Shown one piece after another: positions 11,701 through 23,800 of a stretch of DNA of 64,000 nt; position 1 is the first letter of the stretch, and each line of letters begins with the position of its first letter. The position numbers and the translations under genes were made by a program. A model generated the notes under the pieces. The model saw only the letters and a program-made list of their open reading frames with translations, ran no database searches and was not told where the DNA came from. The DNA is from Perkinsus chesapeaki ATCC PRA-425 (taxonomy: Eukaryota > Protista > Perkinsozoa), in NCBI GenBank assembly GCA_013115145.1, contig JAAPAO010000079.1:1-64000 (forward strand), read 5' to 3'.

Positions 11701-14150
11701 CAATTCTCTTCGGTATCTTGCCAGCAATTGCCCAATAAAAGCCGGTTCTTCTCGATCGCCGCTCGGCGACTTCTTCAATGTCATGTTAACGACATTCCTA
11801 CAAACTGTATACTTTGCTGCTGGAATACACTAAAAATTTTGCCGAGAAAGTTCCGGAAAATTTCGATTTTCACAGTTCGCAACGAGCCTGGGAATCCGTG
11901 GAGCCAACATTCACCTAAATCATATAAGCATGCTAACTGAATAGAGAGCGGCAACTCCACACCATTAAAAAAACAAACCAAAAACAAACGGCAACACGGT
12001 TCTCGAAGAACCAAAGAAGCAACACTCGGGGTAATGTTCCGTCATCTCGTCCACTTTATACTTCCTGAACGAGGCCCCCGTAGTGCACTCCCATGAAATA
12101 TAATCACTTCGTGACTGGCAATACGGCAAACGACTTCCAAATGCAACGGACCCTCGAAGGGCATTAAAATCTATTCCTATTTTTCTCACTTCATCTCCCT
12201 CGGGACATTCTCAGCAGCACACACATCGATTCCGTCAAGTAGCCATCGTTGAGCCACGTCAGTCCAGCGAGGGAGTTCACTTCTCCTACCAACCAAACGA
12301 CCCAGGTTCGATCCTCGCGTTTGGCAATCAAAACTTACTTCGTCAAATCCAACATAATCGCGATCGGAATCGTGAGCTCGCGCTCCGCTAAGGTGCAGCT
12401 GATCATCTCCAGCATTTCATTGGCAGTGCCAGGGAACTGAAAACACAAAGCTTGGAAATTTTCTGAAAAAATGGGAAAATTTTCGGCGATTTTCGGAAAT
12501 TTAGGCGATTCTCTAACATACAACCTACAGCAGTCAAAAACTTGCACTTCACATTTCTCTCCGAAAAATCCACAGACAAGCAAATGTTCCGAGTTCGATT
12601 CCATCACCACGCATTTTTAATGCAATAAATCCTTACCTCTTCAATTGCTTTTCTCAATGCATCAATCTTCCCCGGTACTTCTTTCTCACGCGCCACTAAA
12701 ATATGCCCAGTAGTCTCTCTCAGCTCAGCTACCCATGCCGCTGCTTCCATTGGTTAAAACGAAAACTTTAATGCGAACGACCCAGGTTCGATCCCCGGCC
12801 GGCGCAACAACTAAACTCGTTCTAAAGAGATATAAAATCCGTACTAACTTTCACTTACATCATGATAAGAATGCAGATGATGCGATGATCCAAATGTAGT
12901 TACGTCACATTATTAAATGTACGCTATTATATACCACGCCAGTGTACCAAGTGTAACAGGTTAAGCATGCCGATTAACAATCGATCCGCCCGGGTTCTAT
13001 CCCGGCAACTGACATTTCTCAGCTAATTCATTTTTTACAATCCAACGACCTCCACGCCCGTCTGGCCTGACCGACTGCTTGTAGGCGGCGGCGGAGGTCC
13101 AGCGTGCTGTTGAGGCTCTCGAAAGATTCCCCCACCACTCAGACTAGAGGGTGTATCGTCATCAACAACCAATAGATCAGTGTCGCCTAGCAGGTTGAAG
13201 CGTGCATTTCACATGTAGCAAAGATACTCACCAGAGGTTAAACCAAATCGGCCAGTTGAGCTGAAATCAACAGCTGCTGGTATACACGAAATCAGCGAAG
13301 AGGACGCTTGAGCTGCCGAGTCCTCCGGGATACCCTGGGTTGAGGAAATTCAAGATATCCCAAGATTGCAAGATCTTCATACATCTAGGCCTCCTAGACT
13401 GGTCAATAGGCTGCCGCCACGTTGACTGAATGTAGCGCTATATGAGCTCAATAATACCGCCTCGTTATCTCGGCTGTCAGTCTTCTCGGCTTCCTATCAA
13501 ACGATCCAGGTTCGATCCCCACCGATGACACATTTAAGAGAGGAATTTCCAGGAGAAAACATCATGATCGAATACGATGGATAAGAACCAGAAGCCATAT
13601 CATCCGAAGGTTCACGCGCCGCCATCGAAAATATCTTCACCAACCATGGAGAGCACGCTTCAACCTCAGAAACACTCAGAAAACGACCGTGTCTTTCACA
13701 ACAAAAAGTTCTACCAACAACTCATCCGAGCCTTAACGAGATGAAGTAGTAAATGATCCGTTGGTCATCGAGCAGCTAGTTGAAATCACTCAGGAAAGCG
13801 ACGCATTAGGGAGGTTCGAACAACTTTGCACTCCCACAGGTCAATTGCCCGTACGGGCGAAGAGAAGTTGCTCTGACCGGGATTCGAACCCACCTCATTA
13901 TTGCCATTCTCCCACGCCCTCACCAAAGACGTCGGACACATACTCATCAGGTCAGAGATCTTCCTCTTTATGAAACTCTCGCCGGTGCGATCGTCGCCAG
14001 TGCTCCTCGTGGCAACACCGCTGTCAGCATTTGAGGCCGCCGCCGCCGCCTCCAACGTCTGAATAATAAGATACTCACCTTACATGAGTGCAGATCGATT
14101 ACTAATCAATGGAACAAGATACCAACGCTGGAATCCACGGTTGCGAGGGA
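8720..14150 (-). CDS. Multi-exon gene with hydrophobic segments; possibly the 3' part of the ankyrin gene (TRP-like channel architecture)
   Basis: In-frame exon joins (LDLTK|RSELPRWTDVAQRW; AKLKQ|ISAIYSRIPLERLL); TM-like exons at 10.5-11.5 kb (SSVWSIFWFGVELT, GILSVASLLSICIG); no firm family match. Confidence 0.5.
9243..9285 (-). pseudogene. tRNA-3'-half/B-box element forming most of a ~50-nt intron
   Basis: cccagAGGTCgcgaGTTCTAATCCcacaggcgtcA-TTTTT-ag; G53 to discriminator = 21 nt. Confidence 0.75.
9914..9948 (-). pseudogene. tRNA-3'-half/B-box element starting at the donor of 50-nt intron 9899-9948
   Basis: gtcggAGGTCccgaGTTCGACCCctggtggcggcA-TTTTT; 21-nt spacing. Confidence 0.85.
12295..12326 (+). 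pseudogene. tRNA-3'-half/B-box element, antisense in 53-nt intron 12286-12338
   Basis: aaacgacccagGTTCGATCCtcgcgtttggcA; 21-nt spacing. Confidence 0.8.
12737..12806 (+). pseudogene. Degenerate near-full-length tRNA-like element (Gly-like 3' end), intronic antisense
   Basis: cgacccagGTTCGATCCccggccggcgcA; 21-nt spacing; eroded 5' half. Confidence 0.8.
12985..13014 (+). pseudogene. B-box element overlapping a probable donor site
   Basis: gcccggGTTCTATCCcggcaactgacA-TTT; 21-nt spacing. Confidence 0.65.
13499..13530 (+). pseudogene. B-box element, antisense next to an acceptor
   Basis: aaacgatccagGTTCGATCCccaccgatgacA; 21-nt spacing. Confidence 0.75.
13869..13893 (-). pseudogene. T-arm/B-box element whose first two bases are the GT donor
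   Basis: exon ...AATGAG|GTGGGTTCGAATCCcggtcagagcA; 21-nt spacing. Confidence 0.8.
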
Positions 14151-14299
14151 AGAAAATTTTGAGAAATTTCCGTCGACTTTTTTTGCATTGAGAATTGTAT
14201 TTTCTGAGGAGATTGTAGAGTTCAATCAAGTTAGAGTAAAATACTTATCAACAGCAACGATAATATGAGCGGAGCATTTGAATCCTAGTCTGCGCTATT

Positions 14300-16961
14300 T
14301 GGCCACCTGTGACAGTTGAAGCCTCGACGTAGTGTTAAGTAGGGATGTTAGTTGCCATAATTTTATAATGCCAAATTTACGGGGAAAATTTGACGAAAAG
14401 TCAGCGTTTTTCTGTTCTTTGGGCATCTGCTGAATACAGGCAAAGTAAGGCTGGGTTCGAAATTTCAACAAATTAGGTAAAAATGCCTCCACCAAGATTC
14501 GAACCTGCGACCTTCTCACCTCCTTCACTGCTTTTGTCCTAGGGTGCTCCATCATAAGCCTAACAAGCTCCTCATCTTGGAAGATATCTTCTTCGGCCAT
14601 CTCCGCTCCGCCTCGGAGTTGCGCGAGAATCTCCGGGCCAAGTCCGATTCCGGCAGTTTCCACCGGGGTGCGACCGTTCTGGGGAAAAAGCGGAAAATTT
14701 TACTCGTGAAAATTCAAGCGTCGAAAGTATATGGTTAACACTACAAAAATATATGGTGAAGAGCCACGATGAAATATTTCCAGAGAACTTTTTCCGAGAC
14801 CATTTGAAAAGACCGAACCGATTTTACTAAATTTTAAGTAAGATTTTTGTCATTCTCCCTGGAAAGTGACTTTTTTTTCTGAAAAAAATGACACGGTATC
14901 TTAGGTCGAAGCTCGCATTTGACAGAATTCCTCCTCACCACGTCTCGAGCTTCCAAATCTGCTCCATGCCTCAACAAAATCTCAACAACGTCAAGCGCAG
15001 CCATCTCCGCTGCGGCATGCAAAGGAGTGCGACCATCAATAGGATTAACCTGACGAAAATTTTCACGCGCCACGAAATTGTCTCACCTCGTTTATAGATG
15101 CGCCATACGATAGTAAAAGTGCAACTGTGTCGCTCTGATTGGTAAGGGCCGCCACGAAGAGCGGAGTCCAACCTTTGTCACCCCCATCATCAGGATGCGC
15201 CCCGTATCTGATATCGATCACGCAATCGATTGTAGTAGTACATCCGAGCTCATCCGAGCAAGTTAGATTTTCTGTGAAATCCACCAAAAATGTCCGCGAC
15301 AAAGCCTCGCCAACTGGCCAGCAAAACTCTCCCAAATCGAAATTGATTACCGACGGGCAGGTTAGGCTCTGGGTCATTAACGAGGCAAATTATTTGCCAG
15401 TCGAGTCCATTCTTGCGCGCCACAATATTCTCACCTCAACAGCGTTGCAGCTATAGCAGCTCCCCCTTGCTCCCGGCACGCCACAAAGAGCGGTGTCGAA
15501 CCATTCCTGGAGATCGCATCCACATTGGCTCCTCTAGACAGTAGAAGTTCACAGATGGCAGGTTTGTTAACGAGATAACACGCCTCATGCAAAGGAGTGT
15601 ATCCAGACTGAAAGCACAGCAATTAGTCACGCGCCACAAAATAATCGATCAAGTGATCGATAATGTATTCTACGGTAGATTTTTTTCTGTACTCCTCCCG
15701 GTTTAGCGAAGGGAAAAACACCATGGCGGGAGAATCATTATTTTCCCTCTAATCCCACCGTAACACGAAAAACGTAAAACAAAAAACGCTTCGCTCCGCC
15801 CTTACCGATCCCTTTGCATTAACATTGCATCCTCGTTCTAGCAGTACCATAGTCGTTGATAAGCATCCTGATCGGGCCGCTCTTTGTAGCAGCGTACCTC
15901 AGAAATTTTCCGAAAAGTTTTCTTTTTTTCCCGGAATTTACCTCCCTCAGTGTCTCTGCAGCTTTTGACATCAATGTCACTCGTAACGATCATCAGCCAG
16001 AGGAGATCCGCCTGGCCAGCAGCCGCCACGAAAAATGGATCCAGCGTCATCAAATTCAACTGAATTACACATTTTACGGCGCGCGGGAAAGGAGAGGAGG
16101 GGTAGATTTACATGTAGGAAATCAAAATAGTCAGGCACAAATCATTCCAGGAAATTCTGTGAAAATTGGAAAAATCCGCGTTAAACTTCCAGAACGCATC
16201 CTGCACGCACCAGGCAAAAGGGGGTAGGAAAAAATCCAGAAAAACAAGTAAAAAGCGAAATTTTCAGGAAGGGGAAAACACGTAAAAATATTGCAAAAAG
16301 TAATTTTTTCGCGCACTAAAAAATCGGTACAAATTCGAAAATTTACACAAAATTTACAGTATTACTGTATCAACAGCCCGCTGGGAAGTGGTACTACCGT
16401 TACCTCCATTGAAACTTTTGAGAGTATCTTTCCAACCCTCTCGGAGGTCAACCTCCAATAAAATATCTTGCTAAGACGTCTGAGCTTGACCAATACTGAT
16501 GGCAAGAATGCACATACAATTTGAAGAACCTGAAAAAAAACGTCACTGCGCCACGAAAATAAGAGCTATCATTTTTTCTCACAACCGGCAGACAGACATC
16601 ACCGCACTTGATGATAAATTGCTTTCCTATGCAATTGCAAATGTTCTAAATCAATTTTGCGAGGCGAAATTTGAGCGAATTGATAAAGTGCTCAAAGAGC
16701 AAGCACTTCAGCTGAGTTCATCAATGTGGCAAGCAGCAAACAATTTAGCGAGTTTTAAATGATTTAAATGTTTTAAGTGATGATAAATACGGTGGACGTA
16801 TATCTCCCATTACATGCACTGCGCTCCTTAAGACCTACCTTATCGTCGTTAATGACTTGACTTAATCGAATAGTTTCCCCGCCACTTGAGGGCTTCCCCT
16901 CAGAAGAGGGCGACCCCGAAGTGGCCGTTGTAGTGTTTGATTTGCCCGCTTCAGATGACAT
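14300..16961 (-). CDS. Ankyrin-repeat protein, multi-exon
   Basis: GTLLQRAARSG...LLERGCNVNAKG; GYTPLHEAC...LLSRGANVDA; GWTPLFVAA...LLSYGASIN; GRTPLHAAA...LLRHGADLEARD; 5' exon at 16961 is tentative. Confidence 0.88.
14484..14519 (-). pseudogene. tRNA-3'-half/B-box element starting at a donor
   Basis: GAG|gtgagaAGGTCgcagGTTCGAATCttggtggaggcA-TTTTT; 21-nt spacing. Confidence 0.85.
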
Positions 16962-17334
16962 TTAGATAAATCTCACTCTGAGAAAATTCACCGAAAAATT
17001 TCAGAAAATCTCGGAAAAAATGGAAAATTAGGCAAAAAAAGAAAATTTCGGAAATTTTCACGGTCGGCAATTACCTTACGAGTGGAAAACACTTACATCA
17101 AATATGTGTATGATTTTCAAGAAAGATAACTTAAATTCCAGACAAATACTACTCGAAAAAGCTTACCGCCCTTCCCTTCATTTTTTAATCACTCAACTCA
17201 ACTCAACCGTCACGCGCCCAAAAATGACAAATCTTATAGTAATAGGAAACGTTAAATTGAAAAAGGATACCCTATTCAAGGCCATCAGACCTCTCGGCAA
17301 TTGCCCAAGAACAATGGTGATCAATTTCACTATT

Positions 17335-17375
17335 TTACATGCTAATAACTTGCTTTGGAGTTTCCTCCTCCTCCT

Positions 17376-17406
<31 letters not shown>

Positions 17407-20400
17407 CGACTCGTCGTCGTCGTCACTGTACTCGCTCGCTGACCGTTGACTCGCCACCAGCTCTGCCCACTTCAATCGATTGCTGTTAATTTGCTCAACA
17501 ACCTGAAAAAAGTAATATGGAACAGAAAGTTTTTATTTCAAAATAGAAGCTTTGGAAGAATCTTTCAAGAAAATAATACTTACCAGTTTCTGAGGTTCGA
17601 TCTAAACTGTTAACGAATGATCAGTTTACTGTTGACGTACGGACAGGACAGAAGCACAGATCGGAGTGGACGACAAAATTTTCTGAGATCCTTTGTTTTG
17701 CGATTTCATTTGGAAATCAGACTCGATGAAAATCGTTTCGAAGATCAAAATTTCTTTGTCGTACGATATTTTATTTCACAAAATGTTCAATACTTTATTG
17801 AACATTTTACGGCATTTCAAATCCCACGAAAAGTTAATTCTCAACAAGTGCAATTTATAAGTTTTCAATTTCACCAAGTGATGCAAGTTCCCTTGCTTCT
17901 TAATAGTGCCACTTTCCGAAAAATTTCCGAAAAAGTGGGAGAATTCAGTAAATTTGCCGAACAAATGAAAATCCACTTACATCTTTCATACGGCCGCTTG
18001 CCATCGGATTATATTGATCGACTCTCTTCTGGATGGCATGGTACAGCGGTAGAGTGCCTGACCGTCAGATATTTCACACCAAAGGTCCCCGGTTCAATTC
18101 CTCCTCACTCATTTCTAAGAATCCTAATTCCATTCCAGGAACGTCCAAAGTGGCAGAGTCGCAATAAAGGCTCACGGGGATGCCCATGGCCCACTCATCA
18201 TCTCCTTGAGAAACATATTCGGAAACTGACAAAAAAATTCCGGGAAAAATTTTCCCACCTTTTTCCCTGTCTCCGAAATGAAAGTTGTTGTGTAAAAAGC
18301 TCAACATAAAATGGTAGACCCGGAATCATAACATCAACCGCTCCACGAATTGCCACCACTCTCAAAAAATAACGAAAAAATATTTTATCAAAAACGCAAT
18401 ACTTCGTGAAATTAGCAATACGTAAAATTTTGGAGAAAAATATTTTCTATTGAATAGAAAATATTCAGAATGATAAGAATAGAATCTATTCTCACAAAAA
18501 TAAACCTCGCATCAACTCTGGATTTCTTCCTACATTCAAGATAGTTTATTTTTCGAAAATCTTGCAAATTTTCCGGAAATTTCCTAGAATTCTCCGAAAC
18601 TTACTGAGCCTTTCCACGCTAGAGTAATGAGAGTCCCAAGGCATCGCCGTGAATCCCATGTCAGCCGCTCGTATAACAGCTCGAAGTAAATGAATAGGAG
18701 CAGTACTAGGATCCTAAATCTTGCAATCTTGACAAATCTCACATTTCCTCAACGCACCTCAAGTTCCTCCACTCTTCTGAAATGGCTCGCTACATCTAAT
18801 GACATTATACAGTCGATAACTATTTTACGAAATCGGTCATTTTCGGACCTGAAAAATTGGGAAAAATTGCTGCGATTTTTTTGCACGCAGACGCCAAAGG
18901 CCATTTCACCGACAATTGCCTGTCTTCGAATTCCATTCTTCGCTCGTCCCATCCAAAAATAATAAAACGTTTTTGGCGGAATGAATCACTAGTAAGAAGA
19001 AGAAAATTCAACGGAAAAATTTCCGGAAATTTCCAGGGAAAAATTTATCTTACGTCGAAAGCCATTTAGTCGGATCACAGGTCGGATTCGCTTCGAGCGC
19101 TTCGAAGGTTGTCGCTGCGTGGAAATTCTGTAGTACCGATCTATCGTTGTATCTGAAAAGGTGATGAAGGCGGAGCGAAGCGACTTTTGTTTGTCATTTT
19201 TCTAAAACAATAAAAAATTCATGATATTCAGCGATTCAACTATCTCCGAAAGAATTAACACAATTCCAACTTACGTCACTGCAAGCTCATGTTCCGTCTC
19301 TATGAGGAAATCTGCCGTCCGAGCAAAGTGGCCAACCTAAACACAAATAGCTCAGTCAGTTAGTCCCTTCTTCTCCCATCGCAAAGGGCGTTGGTTCAAT
19401 CCCTTCTCCCGACATTTACATCTCCACAGAGGCAAGCCACGACGAACGCTGCCCATTCAAGAGGATGAATTTCAGCGATTCCCATCGACTCCAGTAGAAA
19501 GAACCTGAAACGCACGCCATTACCGCGCGCCACAAAATGAAGCAGTTTCAGGAGCCATGCTCAGCGAAATATGGAGATTTCCCCGTTCCAAAACATATAA
19601 ATTTCCTATGGTTCTTCGCATTGTTGCTTTTCCAGGATAATATTTTTTTCAGCGAATCACACATCGTAAAAACCAAAATTTCCAGAAAAAAATCCCGAAA
19701 ATTTCGGAAAATTTCCGTTAATCTCTGCTTACCCGTGGTGTGTCCTTTGTGCTGCATGTTTTGAATTATGAAATGGATTCGGCAAATAGAGTTGGTCGAT
19801 TAAAGTGAGAAATTTTTGAAGGCAAATTTGCCCTGATGCAGGAACACCAGACGAAGACGTCTTCGAAGTCTCTCCCACTGAAAACGAACACCGTCACTCG
19901 CCACATAATTGAGATAATTACTTGGCGCGTGAAGTCCGGGACCCATCAGCTGATTCATAATTGTGAATCCAACTAGTATAAATGCCGAGAGGCTTGTGGA
20001 CTGAAAAAAAGAATTTACCAAAAATAATTTTACAAAAATCTAAGAAAATCTCCATGGAAAAATGATCAAGGGAAAACATAACGGGAAACCGCTTCAGGCT
20101 CGCTGTGCGGAGACATAGAAATAATATTGTGTGAAAAATACTTGAAAAATAGGGTTAAGTCGGCTAGAGATATTCAAGAAACCGCCGTGATACTCGATCC
20201 GCGAGAAAACGTAGAACTGAGAATTTGGGGAAAATATCTGATACAAAAACAGAAATTTTCCAGAAATTTTCCCAAATTTACACTATTTTCGTGAAGAGTT
20301 TTTTCCAATTGATAAGCATCGAGAGAAAAATCCCGACCAACGGCCTTCAGTAAAGACATCGCAGAAGTTCCCAGCTGATCGAGGAATCCACTATCTGAAA

Positions 20401-20870
20401 AATAAACAAAGATGTCTGGACCGGGATTCGAACCTGCGTACCTGGTTTGACCGGATAAAACGGTCGCCTCAGTCGAACATAAGGCGGATTAGACGTGCTC
20501 GTCGGTTGAACTGGTGGAATTACTTCTCGTATCCATTCAAGAATCTAATGAGCGCGAAATCGATCACGTGATCGATTTGTGTCTCACTTGAGATTTCCGG
20601 AATTCTGCTCCGTTTTTTATCCAACCGAGTAACACTTCCTTCTGGAAATCCATTACAAACAGAGACTTTTGTGTTAGTCGCGACTGAACAGAAAAAATAG
20701 GAAAAAAACGGAATAATGAGGGGAAAATAATCTTAACAAAGGAAATCCGATAAATATTCCCTGGCAAAAATTCTTCAGAATTTCTTACCGTTTCTTGTGC
20801 ATGCTCAACATCTTCCAAAAGATATTTATTATCTTCGGGGTAACCAATCGATCCCTCTTGCCTGGCCCGC
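17335..20870 (-). CDS. Class I cyclic-nucleotide phosphodiesterase domain with non-canonical active-site residues
   Basis: NPFHNSKHAAQ; VACLCGD|VGHFARTADFLIETEHELAVT|YNDRSVLQNFHA; FRKIVIDCIMSLDVASHF; LRAVIRAADMGFTAMPW; EYVSQGDDEWAMGIPVSLYCD...MELGFLEM|STLPLY; VEQINSNRLKW. Confidence 0.88.
18075..18111 (+). pseudogene. tRNA-like variable-loop/B-box element, antisense in 51-nt intron 18058-18108
   Basis: cacaccaaAGGTCcccgGTTCAATTCCtcctcactcA-TTT (20-nt spacing; last bases exonic). Confidence 0.7.
19341..19414 (+). pseudogene. tRNA-sized element with A-box and B-box but no acceptor stem, filling 83-nt intron 19337-19419
   Basis: TAGCTCAGTCAG at 19348; GGTTCAATCC at 19393; ...gacA-TTT; spacing as in a 74-nt tRNA. 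Confidence 0.8.
20413..20441 (-). pseudogene. T-arm/B-box element at the donor of 47-nt intron 20395-20441
   Basis: CCAG|gtacgcagGTTCGAATCCcggtccagacA-tcttt; 21-nt spacing. Confidence 0.85.
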
Positions 20871-23800
20871 TCTAGTATTCTTTCGATATCAGTTAATCGC
20901 TAAAAGTGACAAAATTACAGCGGAGCGAAGCGAGAAATTTCCAAACAGATTTCGATAGTGAATTGCATACACTGGTTCCTCGTTTTCGCGCAACGCTGCT
21001 AGGCTAACGGCTTTTACAATCGAGTTGGTGGCGCCATATCGTATCGAGACTGGAATGCGAATACTCTCATATCTTGCTCATTTTACGACAACCATCATTG
21101 GGGTAGTCGTTGGCCTCTGCTTTCTGTTTTGCTGCGAGCTTGTTCAAATATCCGACTCTCGGTCGCAACATCCTACCCGTGAAGGTCTACGTGCAGGCGA
21201 TAACGACAACAAAGGGACCCTATTAGTCTACCAGCTAGCGGGTTGGGGAGGGTTCTTTGGTTAAGATCATTCGAAGGGATTTTTATTTCTAATGAAAATC
21301 GAATGCGAATCCTCGGGGTTCACGTGGCATACTGGTTGAGAAAGGACTTCGTCCGACGAAGCTGTGCGGTCGGAAGAACTCGAAGGAGAGCATCCAGGAA
21401 GCATCATCAAGCAAGGAGACCCTCATGGGGCAGAGAGCTGTTTCGTCTAGTTGGGAAGAGCAGTGCGCCAGTACTACTGGCCCAGTAGTGAAGTTGTCCC
21501 AGCCTCCCACTGTGACGGATGGGATGAATCGCGAGGGTTTAGGGAACGATACGTATTCCCGAGCTTATTCTTGCGTCTTGAAATGTGAGATCCCTAGTAA
21601 CTGCTGACAGTGAATTCAAATATTCAGAATTGTTGGAGATGTTTTCGTTGTTCAATATCCCATTGATGCAATCGTTGCAAGAGACTTGTTAACCCGTATG
21701 GTTGCGGAAGAGTTATACAAGGGATTTCCCTTTTGCTACTGTGGAGATCCTACCGACATCGTTAACGAAGTTGCCTTCTTGGTGCTACTCGTGAAGATCT
21801 AGGAGCAAACGAGAGCCACGATGAACATTCCAACGAAAAGATCCTATTAGTCTACCAGCAAGTGAAGTTAAGGCCGAGGCTCTGCATCACCCATGCCTTT
21901 AGACGCGGTCACGCTCACGCTTTAGCGGTCTCTGGCGCGTCTTAAAAAGAAGTGTGTGTAACTGGTTCCTGGAGGTACCAAAATCATGCAAGTGGCAGAG
22001 ACGATGCATATAATATAACCATCATCTCTGCCAGCAAGATATACATCATCTCATCAGATATATACTATCTATCAGCGAAGAGTACTGCCTCGAGAAGCGC
22101 ATTGCGCCTGCATACTATGCCGCGCATAGATAAACGGACCGGGGAGCATCTTCCTAGCCCGAAAAAAGGTTCCGCCAGAAAATGTTCCGTCAACTGTTCA
22201 GGAAGTAAGATTCGGTTAATAATGCAACCTTATACGGCCCGTTTTTCTTTATATAACCCTTTGGATATTCAGGTTCTCAACCAACCCTTAAGGAGCTAAA
22301 CGGATAACAAGAAGGAACTTTTGAGGAGCCCCTCGAGTCAACTCTGGCTTCAGAGTTTGAGAAGGATGTGCAGTAGCACATAGCCGGCAAGAAGTCTGAG
22401 CAGCACTTAGCTCCTAGAAGTCCTAAATTGGCAGTTACCGCGCGCAAACTCTCAAATTAGTTGAGTGGAAAAAACCATTTCCCTTGGAGATCAAGCTGTT
22501 GGGTTAAACAGAAGCGTGCGGGTGACACGAGTCATATTCGTAGTAAAGAAATCGCCACCCCCGGATTGCCCGATAATAACCCCGGAAAACATGAAAGAAT
22601 AACCCGAAACCCAGCTTGACAAGAAACCCGGCCCATCCAGGAACTAGACGAAGCTATGCTTGAGAATTGTCCGAACGAGCCCGCGCACCGTGGCAGTCTG
22701 CCACTGGCAGAGTCACGTTTTATGGGGCGTTTTTCGTGAGGGGCACCACAAATCCTTCCCAATTCGAGCCGTTCTCGGCAAAATGAGACGGCTTCCTCCG
22801 AAAAATGGGCAGAAAAGGAAAATTACTAATTTTAAATTAGAAGAGTATGCTTCCTGCGCAGAGGATAGCCGGCAAAAGTGCGTTGAAGTACTCTGCCAGG
22901 TAGAGTACAGAGTCTAGAGTCTGCCTCTAGAAGTGATTGAGGTATATAGCTGAGTTGGATTCGGAGGCTGTCACACCCAATTCGGCGAATCACGTTAGCC
23001 TTGCACTCGCGACGAATTCAGCGGCAAGATAAGGCTATGGAAAGCCATGATGTTTCCGTCCGGAGCGAGGAATGATAGTTCATAAAGACATATAAATCTA
23101 AGGCTTACCTTGAGTTCTCCTTCTATCTGTGAAGTCAGGGGACCATCAGAGTTAGAATCAAATGCATTTATTGTTGATTCAAGAACCTACGGAAATTAAT
23201 AAAAGAATCCCGGAAAATGTGGAAAAAGGGCACCGTAGAACTTGAGGAATTTCCCCAAAAAATGTGTTTTATAGGATCGTAGAACTTCGCAATATACATT
23301 TTGTGACAAAATGTTAAGTGCCTTCGTGAAGTTACGAAGACAAAATTTTCGTCTTATCGAACGGGTGATCAATTTGGGTGGCTTCGGAATATCTTCGCTT
23401 ACTCCAATAGCTCTCTGCGTAACCTCCATATTAAGATAGTTCTTTCTCCTATACATTTCAATCTGATATTTACCTGCCAAAGCCAAAGCATCCAAGAGCA
23501 GTTGCGCTATAATTGTGAACCTGAAAATGAAATGAAATTAGAAACGAAACGGCCCATGAAATTAGGGCCGAATTCGAAATGAGATGCAATGAAGCATAGA
23601 ATTATCTATGGCAAATGATAACTACGCGCTAAAATGTCGTTGGCCCAATATTTTAAACAAAACAGACATTCTACCTATATGTAGCTGCCATACCAATAAG
23701 GGTGACAGGCACTGTGCAAAAACCCAACGAAAAGCCACTAATGGACGCAAGATGCGTCCACCGGGGATCGAACATGGAGGAGAATTTTAAACTACTATTC

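Noticed and set aside
5669-15525. GGTTCGA matches at ~5670, ~15515 and ~2337
   Set aside because: Inside coding exons (GSN/GST codons) without the 21-nt tail
17104-17442. ORF-track products with poly-I or poly-M runs, and ORF 17617-18309
   Set aside because: Off-frame/antisense readings of the PDE acidic tail and introns
18030-18060. A-box-like TGGTACAGCGGTAGAG upstream of the 18092 B-box, suggesting a full tRNA-Val
   Set aside because: It is the antisense of PDE coding sequence (STLPLYHAI) and no cloverleaf forms; treated as coincidence
18312-18332. Possible further B-box element (GTTATGATTCCGGGTCTACCA-TTTT, minus)
   Set aside because: Spacing fits but the B-box core is too degenerate to count
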